Under the pieces are notes generated by a model. That model was not told where the DNA came from. It did not search any database and saw nothing but the letters and a program-made list of their open reading frames with translations. A program made the translations under genes and the position numbers. Shown piece after piece: positions 1 through 8,716 of a DNA stretch of 32,000 nt. Source of the stretch: Nostoc sp. PCC 7120 = FACHB-418 (GTDB taxonomy: Bacteria > Cyanobacteriota > Cyanobacteriia > Cyanobacteriales > Nostocaceae); assembly GCF_000009705.1 (NCBI RefSeq), contig NC_003276.1:180001-212000 (forward strand). The letters are read 5' to 3'. Every line of letters starts with the position of its first letter. The stretch's first letter is position 1.

Positions 1-73
1 ATATTTATTCATATATTGTTAGGATTAGGCTAAATAGCAATCTAAATAAAGGTTGCAAGGAAAGTAACGCCTC

Positions 74-262
74 ATGCTCAAGCAAGGTATTTCACTGGCA
101 GAAGCCGCAAAACGTTTAGGCGTAAGTCAGAGCGATTTGTATGTGGCTGTACAGAAAGGACAAATTCCTACCTTTAGAACCGATAGAAGAACTGTTGTTC
201 TTCCTGGAGCTTTAAAAGATTATCAAGTTAGGCGAAGTTTGACTGGTGACTACAAGCTTTAA
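74..262 (+). CDS. Excisionase-family / MerR-like helix-turn-helix DNA-binding protein (62 aa)
   Basis: ATG-started ORF. ISLAEAAKRLGVSQSDLYVAVQKGQIPTFR..R.VVLP fits the excisionase/HTH_17 pattern (helix-turn-helix followed by a G-x-hP wing). No integrase is visible in the window. Confidence 0.55.
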   Translation: MLKQGISLAEAAKRLGVSQSDLYVAVQKGQIPTFRTDRRTVVLPGALKDYQVRRSLTGDYKL

Positions 263-283
263 GTAGCAAAATTGCTTATGTTT

Positions 284-493
284 CTACTTCCCTAGAGAAG
301 AAAGTAACTTAACATCCCAAGTATAAACACCTTTTTCCCCTGGCACTCTGGAGAATATCCCTGTGCGATTTTCTCCCGTTAACCTGACGGTATAACGGGA
401 GAGAACGTCACTTCCAGCCAGAATGGTATGGAGCTTACTTTGATTGCCATCAGTTTCTATTGTGACTTTCTCTTGTAAGAATTGTGTGAGCAA
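284..493 (-). CDS. Small stand-alone paralog (69 aa) of the C-terminal winged-helix-like domain of the 2736..4151 protein
   Basis: TTG start. The C-terminal RTGIFSRVPGEKGVYTWDVKLLS is almost identical to the end of the 471-aa protein. The last ~86 nt (284-369) are ~95% identical to 2736-2818, while the N-terminal part (LTQFLQE...) is only distantly similar to the paralogous domain (LTTMLQQ...). Confidence 0.5.
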   Translation of the reverse strand: MLTQFLQEKVTIETDGNQSKLHTILAGSDVLSRYTVRLTGENRTGIFSRVPGEKGVYTWDVKLLSSLGK

Positions 494-525
494 ATAAAAT
501 AATAAAATAGCTATTCATATCTAAA

Positions 526-693
526 CTACGGCTCTATTCCTTCATCAATCCAAGTATCAATTGCTGTTTTTACGTTTAATTCAGTCACGGCACACCATTC
601 TTTTTCGTTGATAGTTGTTTTAAATACCGCTCTTTTACCGTGACCAACTTTTTCTATTGAGTGTCCACGATACAAATTTTTAGACTTAATCAT
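526..693 (-). CDS. Hypothetical small protein (55 aa)
   Basis: Below the 60-aa cut-off of the ORF track; found by manual translation. MIKSKNLYRGHSIEKVGHGKRAVFKTTINEKEWCAVTELNVKTAIDTWIDEGIEP*, ATG start at 693, TAG at 526-528. It fills an otherwise empty gap. No family recognised. Confidence 0.3.
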   Translation of the reverse strand: MIKSKNLYRGHSIEKVGHGKRAVFKTTINEKEWCAVTELNVKTAIDTWIDEGIEP

Positions 694-822
694 TTTTCTT
701 AATCATCTTTAGAGAATGGTCTGCTGAATAATTCTTGGGGTTATGCTTTTGGTAGTACGTTATTTTTGGGTTGGGTATTAGCTTCTGCTTTTCCCTTATC
801 AAGTTAGTTCCTCTGATACAAA

Positions 823-1263
823 CTATATTAATGCAACATACTCACCTTGAAATTTGGCAGCACAAATACCACTTGATGTAATCTCTGCATCTAAAATAAT
901 TCTTCCCTTCCCTTTTTCATCTAAATTAGTCACAAAACTGCTCCAGCTATCTTCAACTGGAGCTATGCAATGAGCTTGAAAATCTCCTTGGAGTGGTTGG
1001 AAATAATCGACAGTATTTCTTCTGATCACAATGCGACTATTAATGAATAATTCTTGAAGTCTTACATATACTAAAGTCCAGGCTGATAAAATTGCTAAAT
1101 TTGATATACTGCCACCAAATACTGTGCCGTGATGATTAATATTTGGTAATAACGGAGCAGCTAAGATTACTCCTTTTTCGTCAATAGATACTACTGACAC
1201 TGCCATTTGTTGCGAAATCGGTATATTCTGATGGAGATATTGTTCTACTTGTAAACTATTCAT
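823..1263 (-). CDS. Hotdog-fold thioesterase, YiiD C-terminal-domain family (146 aa)
   Basis: ATG start. LHQNIPISQQMAVSV...LAAPLLPNINHHGTVFGGSISNLAILSAWTLVYVRLQE matches the conserved core (PN.NH.GT.FGGS) of stand-alone YiiD_C putative thioesterases. Confidence 0.75.
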   Translation of the reverse strand: MNSLQVEQYLHQNIPISQQMAVSVVSIDEKGVILAAPLLPNINHHGTVFGGSISNLAILSAWTLVYVRLQELFINSRIVIRRNTVDYFQPLQGDFQAHCIAPVEDSWSSFVTNLDEKGKGRIILDAEITSSGICAAKFQGEYVALI

Positions 1264-1373
1264 GGTAATTTTTTATCTCCACTAATTATCAAGATTTTCT
1301 GAAGGTTAGCATTTTCCTAAAATTTACTATGTTTGAGATAAAAAATTAGTTGTATAAGGCTTTTGTGTCCAAA

Positions 1374-1721
1374 CTATCTGGGGCATGGACGTTCTTTATC
1401 TGTTCCTAAAAAATCTGCCCATTCACGCACACGCTCATGTGCTAATCCTGCGCCTGTCCTACCGTATGCTTCCAGAGCTTGACGACTTTTCTCAACCATT
1501 TGGGCTTGGGTGAGTGGTTGGAAATTTAATGTTGTATCTATTTCACCGTAATCATCAATTTCTTCTATACTTTGAGTAGATTCATGACTGAGTAACTGCT
1601 CAAAATCTTCTAAGTCTCCATCAGTTACACTCAACCATGTTTTGAGCAGACTTTTTACCTGCTCTCCTGGCAATACCTCAAGATGCTCTAAAATTTGCTG
1701 TTTAATATTGTTGATTGTCAT
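1374..1721 (-). CDS. Hypothetical acidic protein (115 aa)
   Basis: ATG-started ORF with good coding appearance, divergent from pepE. No family recognised. Confidence 0.5.
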   Translation of the reverse strand: MTINNIKQQILEHLEVLPGEQVKSLLKTWLSVTDGDLEDFEQLLSHESTQSIEEIDDYGEIDTTLNFQPLTQAQMVEKSRQALEAYGRTGAGLAHERVREWADFLGTDKERPCPR

Positions 1722-1930
1722 AGGTATTCGATTTCTAGCACGATTTCATTAAAATTCAATGTTTCACCAACATATCTAATTTTAACTTATTGGCATTGCT
1801 GATGGTGAGCCAAGCCTGAAACGCATAGCTGGGGCAGTGGCTCCTTTGGGTTGATTTTGCTTCGGGGTGTATCTCTGTAGTCTGTGATTGGCTCAAAGCG
1901 TTATAGCTCGTTAACTATAGGAAATAAATC

Positions 1931-2658
1931 ATGTCAAAAAGATTGTTATTACTCAGTAATTCCACAAATATCGGTGAAGAATACTTATTTTATGCTCGTC
2001 AGGAAATTAAAAATTTTTTAGGAAGTTCTGTCAAGAAAATAGCGTTTATCCCTTTTGCAGCCGTTACTTCAACTTATCAGCACTATAGCGAAAAAGTTAG
2101 AAAAGTATTTCAAGATATAGGTTATGAATTTGATGCTATTCATTTAGTTGAAAGTTCTCATGAATTAATTAAAAATGCAGAAGCTGTAGTAGTCGGAGGC
2201 GGAAACACTTTTCATTTAATACATTGCTTACACGAAACTAAATTACTTGATGATATCAGAAATAAAGTTAGTAATGGAACTCCTTATATCGGATGGAGCG
2301 CAGGCTCTAATGTTGCTTGTCCTACTATCAAAACAAGTAATGATATGCCAATAATTGAACCGATAAGTTTTCAAGGATTGAATTTAGTTCCTTTTCAAAT
2401 CAACCCCCACTATACAAATGCAGTAATCCCCAATCACAATGGAGAGACAAGAGAACAAAGACTGGAAGATTTTTAGTTTTAAATCCCGATATTTATGTTG
2501 TAGGATTGCCAGAAGGAACCATGTTAAAAATTGAAGATTCATCAATTAGATTGATTGGCAACAAAACGATATATTTATTCAAGTTTGGAGAAGAAAAACA
2601 AGAGTATTATCCTCATGATAATTTAGATTTTCTTCTTGAAAGAGCTTCTTTTACCTAA
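1931..2658 (+). pseudogene. pepE: Dipeptidase E (peptidase S51), interrupted by a 1-nt frameshift in a T5 run at 2470-2474
   Basis: The 181-aa ORF (LLLSNS..., GGGNTFHL, GWSAGSNV, GETREQRLEDF) stops at TAG 2474-2476. The PepE C-terminus (VLNPDIYVVGLPEGTMLKIEDSSIRLIGNK...) continues in another frame from 2476 to TAA 2656-2658. Adding one T restores a ~242-aa PepE-length protein. Confidence 0.8.
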
Positions 2659-2735
2659 TGATCATTTTTCAATGACTTATGGTGGGTGAGTGTCAAACCC
2701 TTCGGGGAATTCAAAAAATGGTCAATTTTCACCTA

Positions 2736-4151
2736 CTACTTCCCTGGAGAAAGTAGCTTAACATCCCAAGTGTAAACACCTTTTTCCCCTGGCACTCTGG
2801 AGAATATCCCTGTGCGATGACCCCGTGACAATTCATTGAGTACACTGGTTTTTACTTCCTTGATTTCATCCGGGTCTAGTTCTCCATATAATGCTTCTAT
2901 CACTTGCGCGACATTAAACACTTTCCCTGGGTTTTGTTGCAGCATAGTAGTCAGCGCATCAATTACAAACTTGCCTTCAAATTCCCCCACCATTGGCACA
3001 GCATTCGCTTTGGATTGAAGAGACGGTTTTTTCTTGTTTTCTGGCTGGGAAGAACTACTTTTACGATTCGACTTAAGCAATTTTAAATTTATGGTGTAAT
3101 AACCCGACTTCCCAGGAACCAAAAACCATCTGCCGCTATTTTTTCCCTGAGTTAATGTTGATTGGACTCTACCTCTAACTATCTTCCAAATACTTGGCTC
3201 TAACTCACCATACAACGCACGCGCCACAAAATCCACATGACATATATTGCCTGGATGTTTTTGGAGTAGCTTTTCTACTGCTTCTATGCGGCTGAGTCCA
3301 AAGTATTCCTCCAGCATAGGAATCTCTCCCAAAGAACGCTGTTTGTCCTGAGTTTGCTGTGCGTTCTCTTGTTCGCTAGATATTGATTGTGGCTGTTGAT
3401 GTTCGTTTTCGGTGGCTGTTGATGAACTCTCGGTTTCTATAATGTCTGTGGCTGCCTCGGAGACATCCTCAGTTTCTACAATGTTATTGTTATTGTCTGA
3501 GGATAAGTCCTCTTGGACAACTGTAGCTGATTCATCAATAACTAACTCTTCATTATCTTCCTGGCTTACAGATGATATGTCAGCTTCTATCGTGTCTGCG
3601 ACTGGCTGCTGTATATCATTAGTTTCTTCTTGCTCTCCCTGTGTTTCTAAAGTGTCTTCCCCAGAATCTAAAGATGAGTTTTCTTGAGTCGGGTTAGATT
3701 TTACTGCGGTGGTTTCAGCTTCACTAATCGCATTGCTATTGTATGAGGATGTGGTTTCCACAGCAATAACATCTAACTGTGGGATCTCTAGCTGGACATT
3801 ACTATCTTCCTGGGCTAGGGATAAATGCTCTGTTTCTACATTGTCAGTTGCGTTTAAATCGGTATTAGTTTGGCTTAACTTAGTCTCAGTTTCTGAAACT
3901 GTCTGGCTACTGTTTAAAGTGTCCTTCCCTTTTTCATTCGCAATGACCGCAGCAACCACCTGCGCTGGTGTTAAGCGATTAGTCTGTTCGCTTGACTTTG
4001 CAGGCCAGTTTGCTAGTAACGCTTCTACATGATTGAGATTATCCTTCGCTTGTGTGTACAACTTTTCATACTCTTCTACGAGGGATGCGTAATAATCACG
4101 TAATGCTAACAGTGTGGAGAGTATGTTTTGCGGCGGAGTTTTTAATTGCAT
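2736..4151 (-). CDS. Acidic low-complexity protein with two C-terminal HARE-HTH-like winged-helix domains (471 aa)
   Basis: ATG start. A ~50-aa helical N-terminus is followed by a ~230-aa D/E/S/T/Q/N-rich linker with degenerate [DN]-[IV]-[IV]-E-T-E repeats. Two ~65-aa repeats follow (HPGNICHVDFVARALYGEL...GRWFLVPGKSGYYTINL and NPGKVFNVAQVIEALYGEL...GIFSRVPGEKGVYTWDV). The domain call is by pattern only. Confidence 0.7.
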   Translation of the reverse strand: MQLKTPPQNILSTLLALRDYYASLVEEYEKLYTQAKDNLNHVEALLANWPAKSSEQTNRLTPAQVVAAVIANEKGKDTLNSSQTVSETETKLSQTNTDLNATDNVETEHLSLAQEDSNVQLEIPQLDVIAVETTSSYNSNAISEAETTAVKSNPTQENSSLDSGEDTLETQGEQEETNDIQQPVADTIEADISSVSQEDNEELVIDESATVVQEDLSSDNNNNIVETEDVSEAATDIIETESSSTATENEHQQPQSISSEQENAQQTQDKQRSLGEIPMLEEYFGLSRIEAVEKLLQKHPGNICHVDFVARALYGELEPSIWKIVRGRVQSTLTQGKNSGRWFLVPGKSGYYTINLKLLKSNRKSSSSQPENKKKPSLQSKANAVPMVGEFEGKFVIDALTTMLQQNPGKVFNVAQVIEALYGELDPDEIKEVKTSVLNELSRGHRTGIFSRVPGEKGVYTWDVKLLSPGK

Positions 4152-4298
4152 CTAAGTATCATTCTAGTTGGTTATTTTATAACAAACTCCAAAAAAATCG
4201 GCTATGTTATTTAAACATCCGAATTGAATAACTGTGTTTCCAAAATATATCTGCCTTCTATCTATCGACCTATCACTTTTAGCTAAAACCGACAGAAG

Positions 4299-4340
4299 CC
4301 CCACTCCCTGATCAACCTGATGGTTGATCAGGGAGTGGGG
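4299..4340. repeat. Perfect 19-bp GC-rich hairpin (CCCCACTCCCTGATCAACC / tgat / GGTTGATCAGGGAGTGGGG)
   Basis: Read directly from the sequence. It overlaps and encodes the last ~10 codons of the truncated ORF 4312..4701. It is either a terminator or a small palindromic insertion. Confidence 0.6.
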
Positions 4341-4701
4341 TCGATGTTAGCGCAGCGTTAGCGAGTCCGCGAGCGTCGGAATCACCATTTTCTGCTTTTG
4401 GTAGTCGGTCAATCCAATCTTCTATTATCTGGGTTACAGGAGCTTTTGTTTCTGCATTCGCAATGCCAAATTGATGCGTTGTCGCAATTTTGCCATCTTG
4501 AATCAGAATGAGAGCGGCACTGCCGAGTTCTCGATCACTCGCCTGACTGAGTTTGCGAACAAGATGAGTTTCGATCGCTGTTAAATTTTCAGGCTGCACG
4601 GCTGGACGTGCAAACCAAAATGCTTCGGCGAGAACAACCGCGATCACTAAAACTGACCAAAGGATGATCAATGCTATTGTGGTCATAACTTTGCGACGCA
4701 T
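4312..4701 (-). pseudogene. N-terminal fragment of a beta-lactamase-related serine hydrolase (129 aa, truncated before the S-x-x-K motif)
   Basis: An N-terminal TM/signal segment is followed by GSAALILIQDGKIATTHQFGIANAETKAPVT, typical of class-C beta-lactamase-like hydrolases. The family then requires ..F.IAS.SK. Here the sequence diverges instead and runs into the hairpin at 4299-4340. Confidence 0.45.
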
Positions 4702-4797
4702 TCTTTGAAAAAAGAGTTGTGAATGGAATTGAGGATGTTTGAACTTAGCAAATCGCTTGAATCAACACTTCGCTCTCTAAAACTGAAATGCAATGTC

Positions 4798-6894
4798 TCA
4801 GTCCTGATAACAGCGTAAGCGTTGCAGTAATTGTTCGCGTTCTGGCGATGGTGTGACATTCTGAGCAATGGCGATCGCAGTTTTAGTATCTCCTGTATGC
4901 ACTAGATTTAAAGCAATCCTTCCCCAAAAACGGGAACGTTCTGCAATTGGTGGTAAGGAAGACTCTGAGCCATTGCGGAGGGTTTGGATGGGAATATTGA
5001 GGAGCGATCGCGCTTTGGTAAAATTGCCTTGAGTCAGATTCAGTTCCACAACTCGTAAAGCAAAGTCAAACTTTTCGCTAGGATTTCTCCCGGCGTAACC
5101 AATGAAACGGGATGCTTCTTCTGGCTGACGATTGGCGATCGCTTGATTACCTGCTAAGGCAGCAAAGTCTACTTGCTGAAGTAACTTTAATCTTTCTGCC
5201 AGTGTAAAGTAAGCCGATCGCGTTGCGTTAAATTCTGCACTGATTGATAGCAATAATTGTGCTTGCTGTGGCGATGCTTTTTCTGTTTGTATGAGTGTAA
5301 CAATTCGATTCAATACCTTATCAGCTGGACGATTGGTGGAAATCAAAGCATTGGCGATCGCAGCATGAGTTGTGATGGCGGTAGGTAAAGCAGAAATGCT
5401 ATTAGCTATTACTTGGCTACGAGTAAATAATTGATCGGCAAGGCTACGATTACCACGGCGATGGAAAGCTTGAGCAAACCGTAGCAATCGCCGCACATCG
5501 GTTTTTTCCCCAGCAATTCGGGCTTCTGCATCCTTGGTTTGTCCGGCTTCAAGGGCGGCTATGGCAATATTATCCAGCCAGCGATCAGTTTCATCGAAAT
5601 AGCCTGCATCTATCTGTACGATCATCGGACGTGGTACCATTTGCCGAGCAGTTGTAAACTGCTTATTAGCAATCAAATCCCTTAGGACAATAGCCAAAAC
5701 ATTCACCGCACGCAGTTTAGCAATCAGGGCTTTAAGTTCAGGCTGATAGGCGCGAGTTTGAGATAAATTTGACATCTCGCCATACCATTCATTATCGAAG
5801 CGTCCGCCAAACTGATCATCTATTTTAGCGGCTTTGGCATCAGCAACTAAACGGGCGAGCGCAGATTCGCGGATTTCTGGCTGGTTAAATTTGCGACCTT
5901 CTGCGGCGATTGTCAACCAACTTCTAGCCCGGAAGGAATTAGGGCGTTTCATTAAAGAAACAATTTGCTGCGATCGCCTTAAATCTCCACTGGGTGCATA
6001 GTGCAGCACCAAAGTCATTAATTTAATTTCCCGTTGTTCAACATCTTTAATTGCTAGTGCGGCTTTGAGCAATGGATCGAGTAATTGCTTTGCTTTTACT
6101 GGGTCTCTAGCTTTAAAGTAGGTAGCAGCAATCTGAGTGATGGTAATATCAGGATCGTAATCTTCAGGAGAAAGTTGCTTTAGCACCTCTAAAGCTTTTG
6201 TGGGTTGGTAAATTTGGAGATATAAATTAACTATTTGTGACAAAAACTCACGTTTGGCGTAGGGATCTTTCAGATTTTTGATAGTTTGCTCAAACCCATA
6301 GTTGAGGGAAGATGCAGCTTCCGCCGGTTGGTCGAGAGCAATCCACCCTTCTGCAAGACGAATGTGCGCCGCAACTAAATCTTTAGGAGTATTGCGAATT
6401 CCTGATACCGACTCAGCCGCAAGCTGTAGCGTTTGTTGTCCTATGGTGAAGTGGCCAATTTTTCCATAGGCGATCGCAGATTCTGTCAAGATATGAGTTT
6501 TGCCTAAGCTATACCCACTCGGTAAAGGTTTAGCTAAGACCACGATTTGATCGAGAATGGTAGGAAGTTTTGGATTATCCTTATATGTCAGTGATTGTAC
6601 TTGAGTAGCAATTGCCTTGAGCGCAAAATCTAATGTCTGGGTTGTAAAAGTTGTATCTCCTCGCCGTTCAGCATTTTCTAGCTCTCTGATAATTGCGGGG
6701 AGCCTATCAGTCGGGGACATTCCAGAAATTTCGTTCCAGCGTCGGGTACTTTCACCAGTTAGCTCTACACGGCAAGCTTTAGAAATTGTTATCCTAGCAT
6801 CTGCCGCATAAATGGGAACAGAGTAAATTAGTTGAGAAGCAATAATCAAAGCAAGCGATAGCTTCGCTCGCCGCAGGCATTGTGTGAGCATCAT
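4798..6894 (-). CDS. Secreted all-alpha repeat (TPR/HEAT-like) protein, function unknown (698 aa)
   Basis: ATG start. Signal-peptide-like N-terminus (KLSLALIIASQLIYSVPIYAADA). A/L/Q/R-rich helical-repeat composition. Contains six HIP1 sites. Confidence 0.75.
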   Translation of the reverse strand: MMLTQCLRRAKLSLALIIASQLIYSVPIYAADARITISKACRVELTGESTRRWNEISGMSPTDRLPAIIRELENAERRGDTTFTTQTLDFALKAIATQVQSLTYKDNPKLPTILDQIVVLAKPLPSGYSLGKTHILTESAIAYGKIGHFTIGQQTLQLAAESVSGIRNTPKDLVAAHIRLAEGWIALDQPAEAASSLNYGFEQTIKNLKDPYAKREFLSQIVNLYLQIYQPTKALEVLKQLSPEDYDPDITITQIAATYFKARDPVKAKQLLDPLLKAALAIKDVEQREIKLMTLVLHYAPSGDLRRSQQIVSLMKRPNSFRARSWLTIAAEGRKFNQPEIRESALARLVADAKAAKIDDQFGGRFDNEWYGEMSNLSQTRAYQPELKALIAKLRAVNVLAIVLRDLIANKQFTTARQMVPRPMIVQIDAGYFDETDRWLDNIAIAALEAGQTKDAEARIAGEKTDVRRLLRFAQAFHRRGNRSLADQLFTRSQVIANSISALPTAITTHAAIANALISTNRPADKVLNRIVTLIQTEKASPQQAQLLLSISAEFNATRSAYFTLAERLKLLQQVDFAALAGNQAIANRQPEEASRFIGYAGRNPSEKFDFALRVVELNLTQGNFTKARSLLNIPIQTLRNGSESSLPPIAERSRFWGRIALNLVHTGDTKTAIAIAQNVTPSPEREQLLQRLRCYQD

Positions 6895-6969
6895 AAGCTG
6901 ATTTTGTATATTCGTATTCAGTTAAATTAAAGCGGTTTTAATTACTAAAAGCCTTGTATCTAATTCACT

Positions 6970-7082
6970 AGGACTTACACACCCCCTAACAATTCTTGGC
7001 GTTCTTCTCTACGAGACGCTGCGCGAAGGCGTTCTTGGCGGTTAGATAAATTAAGACTTTTGGTAATTTTTGCGTAAGTCCT
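6970..7082. repeat. MITE-like small element (~113 bp) with 12-nt terminal inverted repeats
   Basis: AGGACTTACACA (6970-6981) and TGCGTAAGTCCT (7071-7082) are inverse complements (11/12). There is an internal direct repeat TTCTTGGCG and a GC-rich core CTACGAGACGCTGCGCGAAGGCG. It lies in an intergenic region. Confidence 0.4.
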
Positions 7083-7105
7083 GTTGATTTATACTCAGCA
7101 CTCAG

Positions 7106-8281
7106 CTATTTTTTGCTAAGAATCTTGCCACTGAGATTAACAGTGTAAGTCAGTGATTTCTGAAAATTTGTCACCGTGACATTCCAACCGTCAAGGCGCT
7201 GCGTTGGTATGCAAGGTTCATTGGGTGCAGCCGTAGGACTGCGGAAACAATAGAATCTTGGTGCAACTTGGGTAATGCTGAGATTAGCAATAGGTTGCTT
7301 CAAGTCTGATTGGGCGGCGTTGAATACTGTGCGAGCGATCTCCGTTGGTAACTCATCAGTGCGGGTGGGAAGTCCGGCGATCGCTTCGGTGCGAAGATAA
7401 ACTTTATCATTGCTAATCCTGTATATTTGCCGTACTTGGGACTTTCCCACCACCGTCACCCGATAGCCCCGGATTGTTTGTTGAGCGCAGGATTCGGCTA
7501 AATTCCCCAATCCTAGACAGCTATCAGTAAAGGTTTGAGGCTCAATTTTAGTAATCAGAACAACTGAGGGTAAAATTTGCAAGTGTTTGCTGGCAATACT
7601 CTTGATTTCGTTAACCACCGGAATCGGTAAGCCGCGTTCAATCACAGGATTACTACGTGCAATCAATTGTAAATCGTCGGCTGTTTCACCTTGAAATACC
7701 CAACTTTGGCGTTGGTGGGGAATGGTAATTTTCCAGCCTTGGTTAATAATCGGATCGCAAGCATAAGGGAAAGAAATATTTTCACAACCACTTACCCAAG
7801 TTGTCTTTTCAGATGAAATATCAGTTAATAGGGGTTGTCCAGGATAGCCCCACTCTTTCGCCTGTTGAATCGCTGCTGTTATCATTGCCGTTGGTGGAAT
7901 TTCTTCGGCAGGTTTTCCCAGAGAATGGGTGTTTTGTCCGTTCATTTGCATCAAGACTCTAAATTTACCATTATCAGTGGTGAAATAGACCAAACTTTTA
8001 TGCTGATCAGCGATCGCAATTTTCCAGTAAGGTACAGGATTGTACATCCAGATATCCCCCTTACCAATTCGAGCAACTTGAACTACTTTTGCAGTATTAT
8101 CAAGTTTCTCATTGGCGATCGCATCTTGAAGCACTTGTTGAGCGATCGTCTTTGCTTGTGGTGTAGTCAAAATTTGCGGATTAGCAACGGTAGACTGTAA
8201 GGGAATTAGGGAACTAGAAAAAAGCAGGCCTCCGATAATAGTTGATTTTAATAAACCTTTGTGGGAAAAGTGTTGCAGCAT
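7106..8281 (-). CDS. Secreted hypothetical protein (391 aa from first ATG)
   Basis: The ORF track starts at TTG 8326. The ATG at 8281 gives MLQHFSHKGLLKSTIIGGLLFSSSLIPLQSTVANPQ, a signal-peptide-like N-terminus. No family recognised. Confidence 0.7.
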   Translation of the reverse strand: MLQHFSHKGLLKSTIIGGLLFSSSLIPLQSTVANPQILTTPQAKTIAQQVLQDAIANEKLDNTAKVVQVARIGKGDIWMYNPVPYWKIAIADQHKSLVYFTTDNGKFRVLMQMNGQNTHSLGKPAEEIPPTAMITAAIQQAKEWGYPGQPLLTDISSEKTTWVSGCENISFPYACDPIINQGWKITIPHQRQSWVFQGETADDLQLIARSNPVIERGLPIPVVNEIKSIASKHLQILPSVVLITKIEPQTFTDSCLGLGNLAESCAQQTIRGYRVTVVGKSQVRQIYRISNDKVYLRTEAIAGLPTRTDELPTEIARTVFNAAQSDLKQPIANLSITQVAPRFYCFRSPTAAPNEPCIPTQRLDGWNVTVTNFQKSLTYTVNLSGKILSKK

Positions 8282-8398
8282 ATAATAATATTGATTGAAA
8301 AATATCAGTAAATCTTGCAATCTCAAGTTAGCTAATAAATACTCAGACTCAGGATTGAGTTACAGATTTGGAAACAAAATACGGATGATTTATCTCAC

Positions 8399-8422
8399 GC
8401 AGAGACGCAGAGACGCGGAGAG
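8399..8422. repeat. Short tandem octamer GCAGAGAC x2 plus a degenerate third copy
   Basis: GCAGAGAC GCAGAGAC GCGGAGAG, read directly. It is intergenic. Confidence 0.4.
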
Positions 8423-8580
8423 AATAAGGAAAGGAGTGTAAATTTTCAATAGCTCAAAATTCATCCCCTAATTCAGCAAGCACTACATATTTCAGTAGTT
8501 GCAGTCATATTTGTATGATGCTTGACGCTTACTGCCATTGTCAGCCGGAAGAAATCTGGTTATTTCAGGCGGTAAATTCC

Positions 8581-8600
8581 GGTTTTTTCCGGAAAAACCC
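8581..8600. promoter_or_regulatory. Near-perfect 20-nt palindrome GGTTTTTTCCGGAAAAACCC upstream of the AAA_35 operon
   Basis: Centred on CCGG at 8589-8592, with one arm mismatch, ~120 nt upstream of ATG 8717. An additional CCGGAA lies at 8545-8550. The operator function is inferred only. Confidence 0.3.
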
Positions 8601-8716
8601 TGCTAATTATTCCCCATCACTAAGTGATAACGGTTTCTTCTGGTTCTTTGGGTATTAGGGGGAATTATTGAGAAATCCTATGTTAGAAGATAAACATCGC
8701 TTTCTAATTTAGGGTT

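Noticed and set aside
2470-2476. Programmed ribosomal frameshift in pepE
   Set aside because: No precedent is known for PepE, and no downstream stimulatory structure was noticed. A T-homopolymer indel (mutation or sequencing error) is the simpler explanation.
2836-4032. Four + strand ORFs (60-107 aa) inside the 2736..4151 gene
   Set aside because: They are antisense shadows of a low-complexity acidic coding region. Their S/V/C-rich composition is implausible, and there is no independent start context.
4683-4868. 61-aa minus-strand ORF bridging the gap between genes 4312..4701 and 4798..6894
   Set aside because: It overlaps the ends of both neighbours, and there is no supporting motif or start context.
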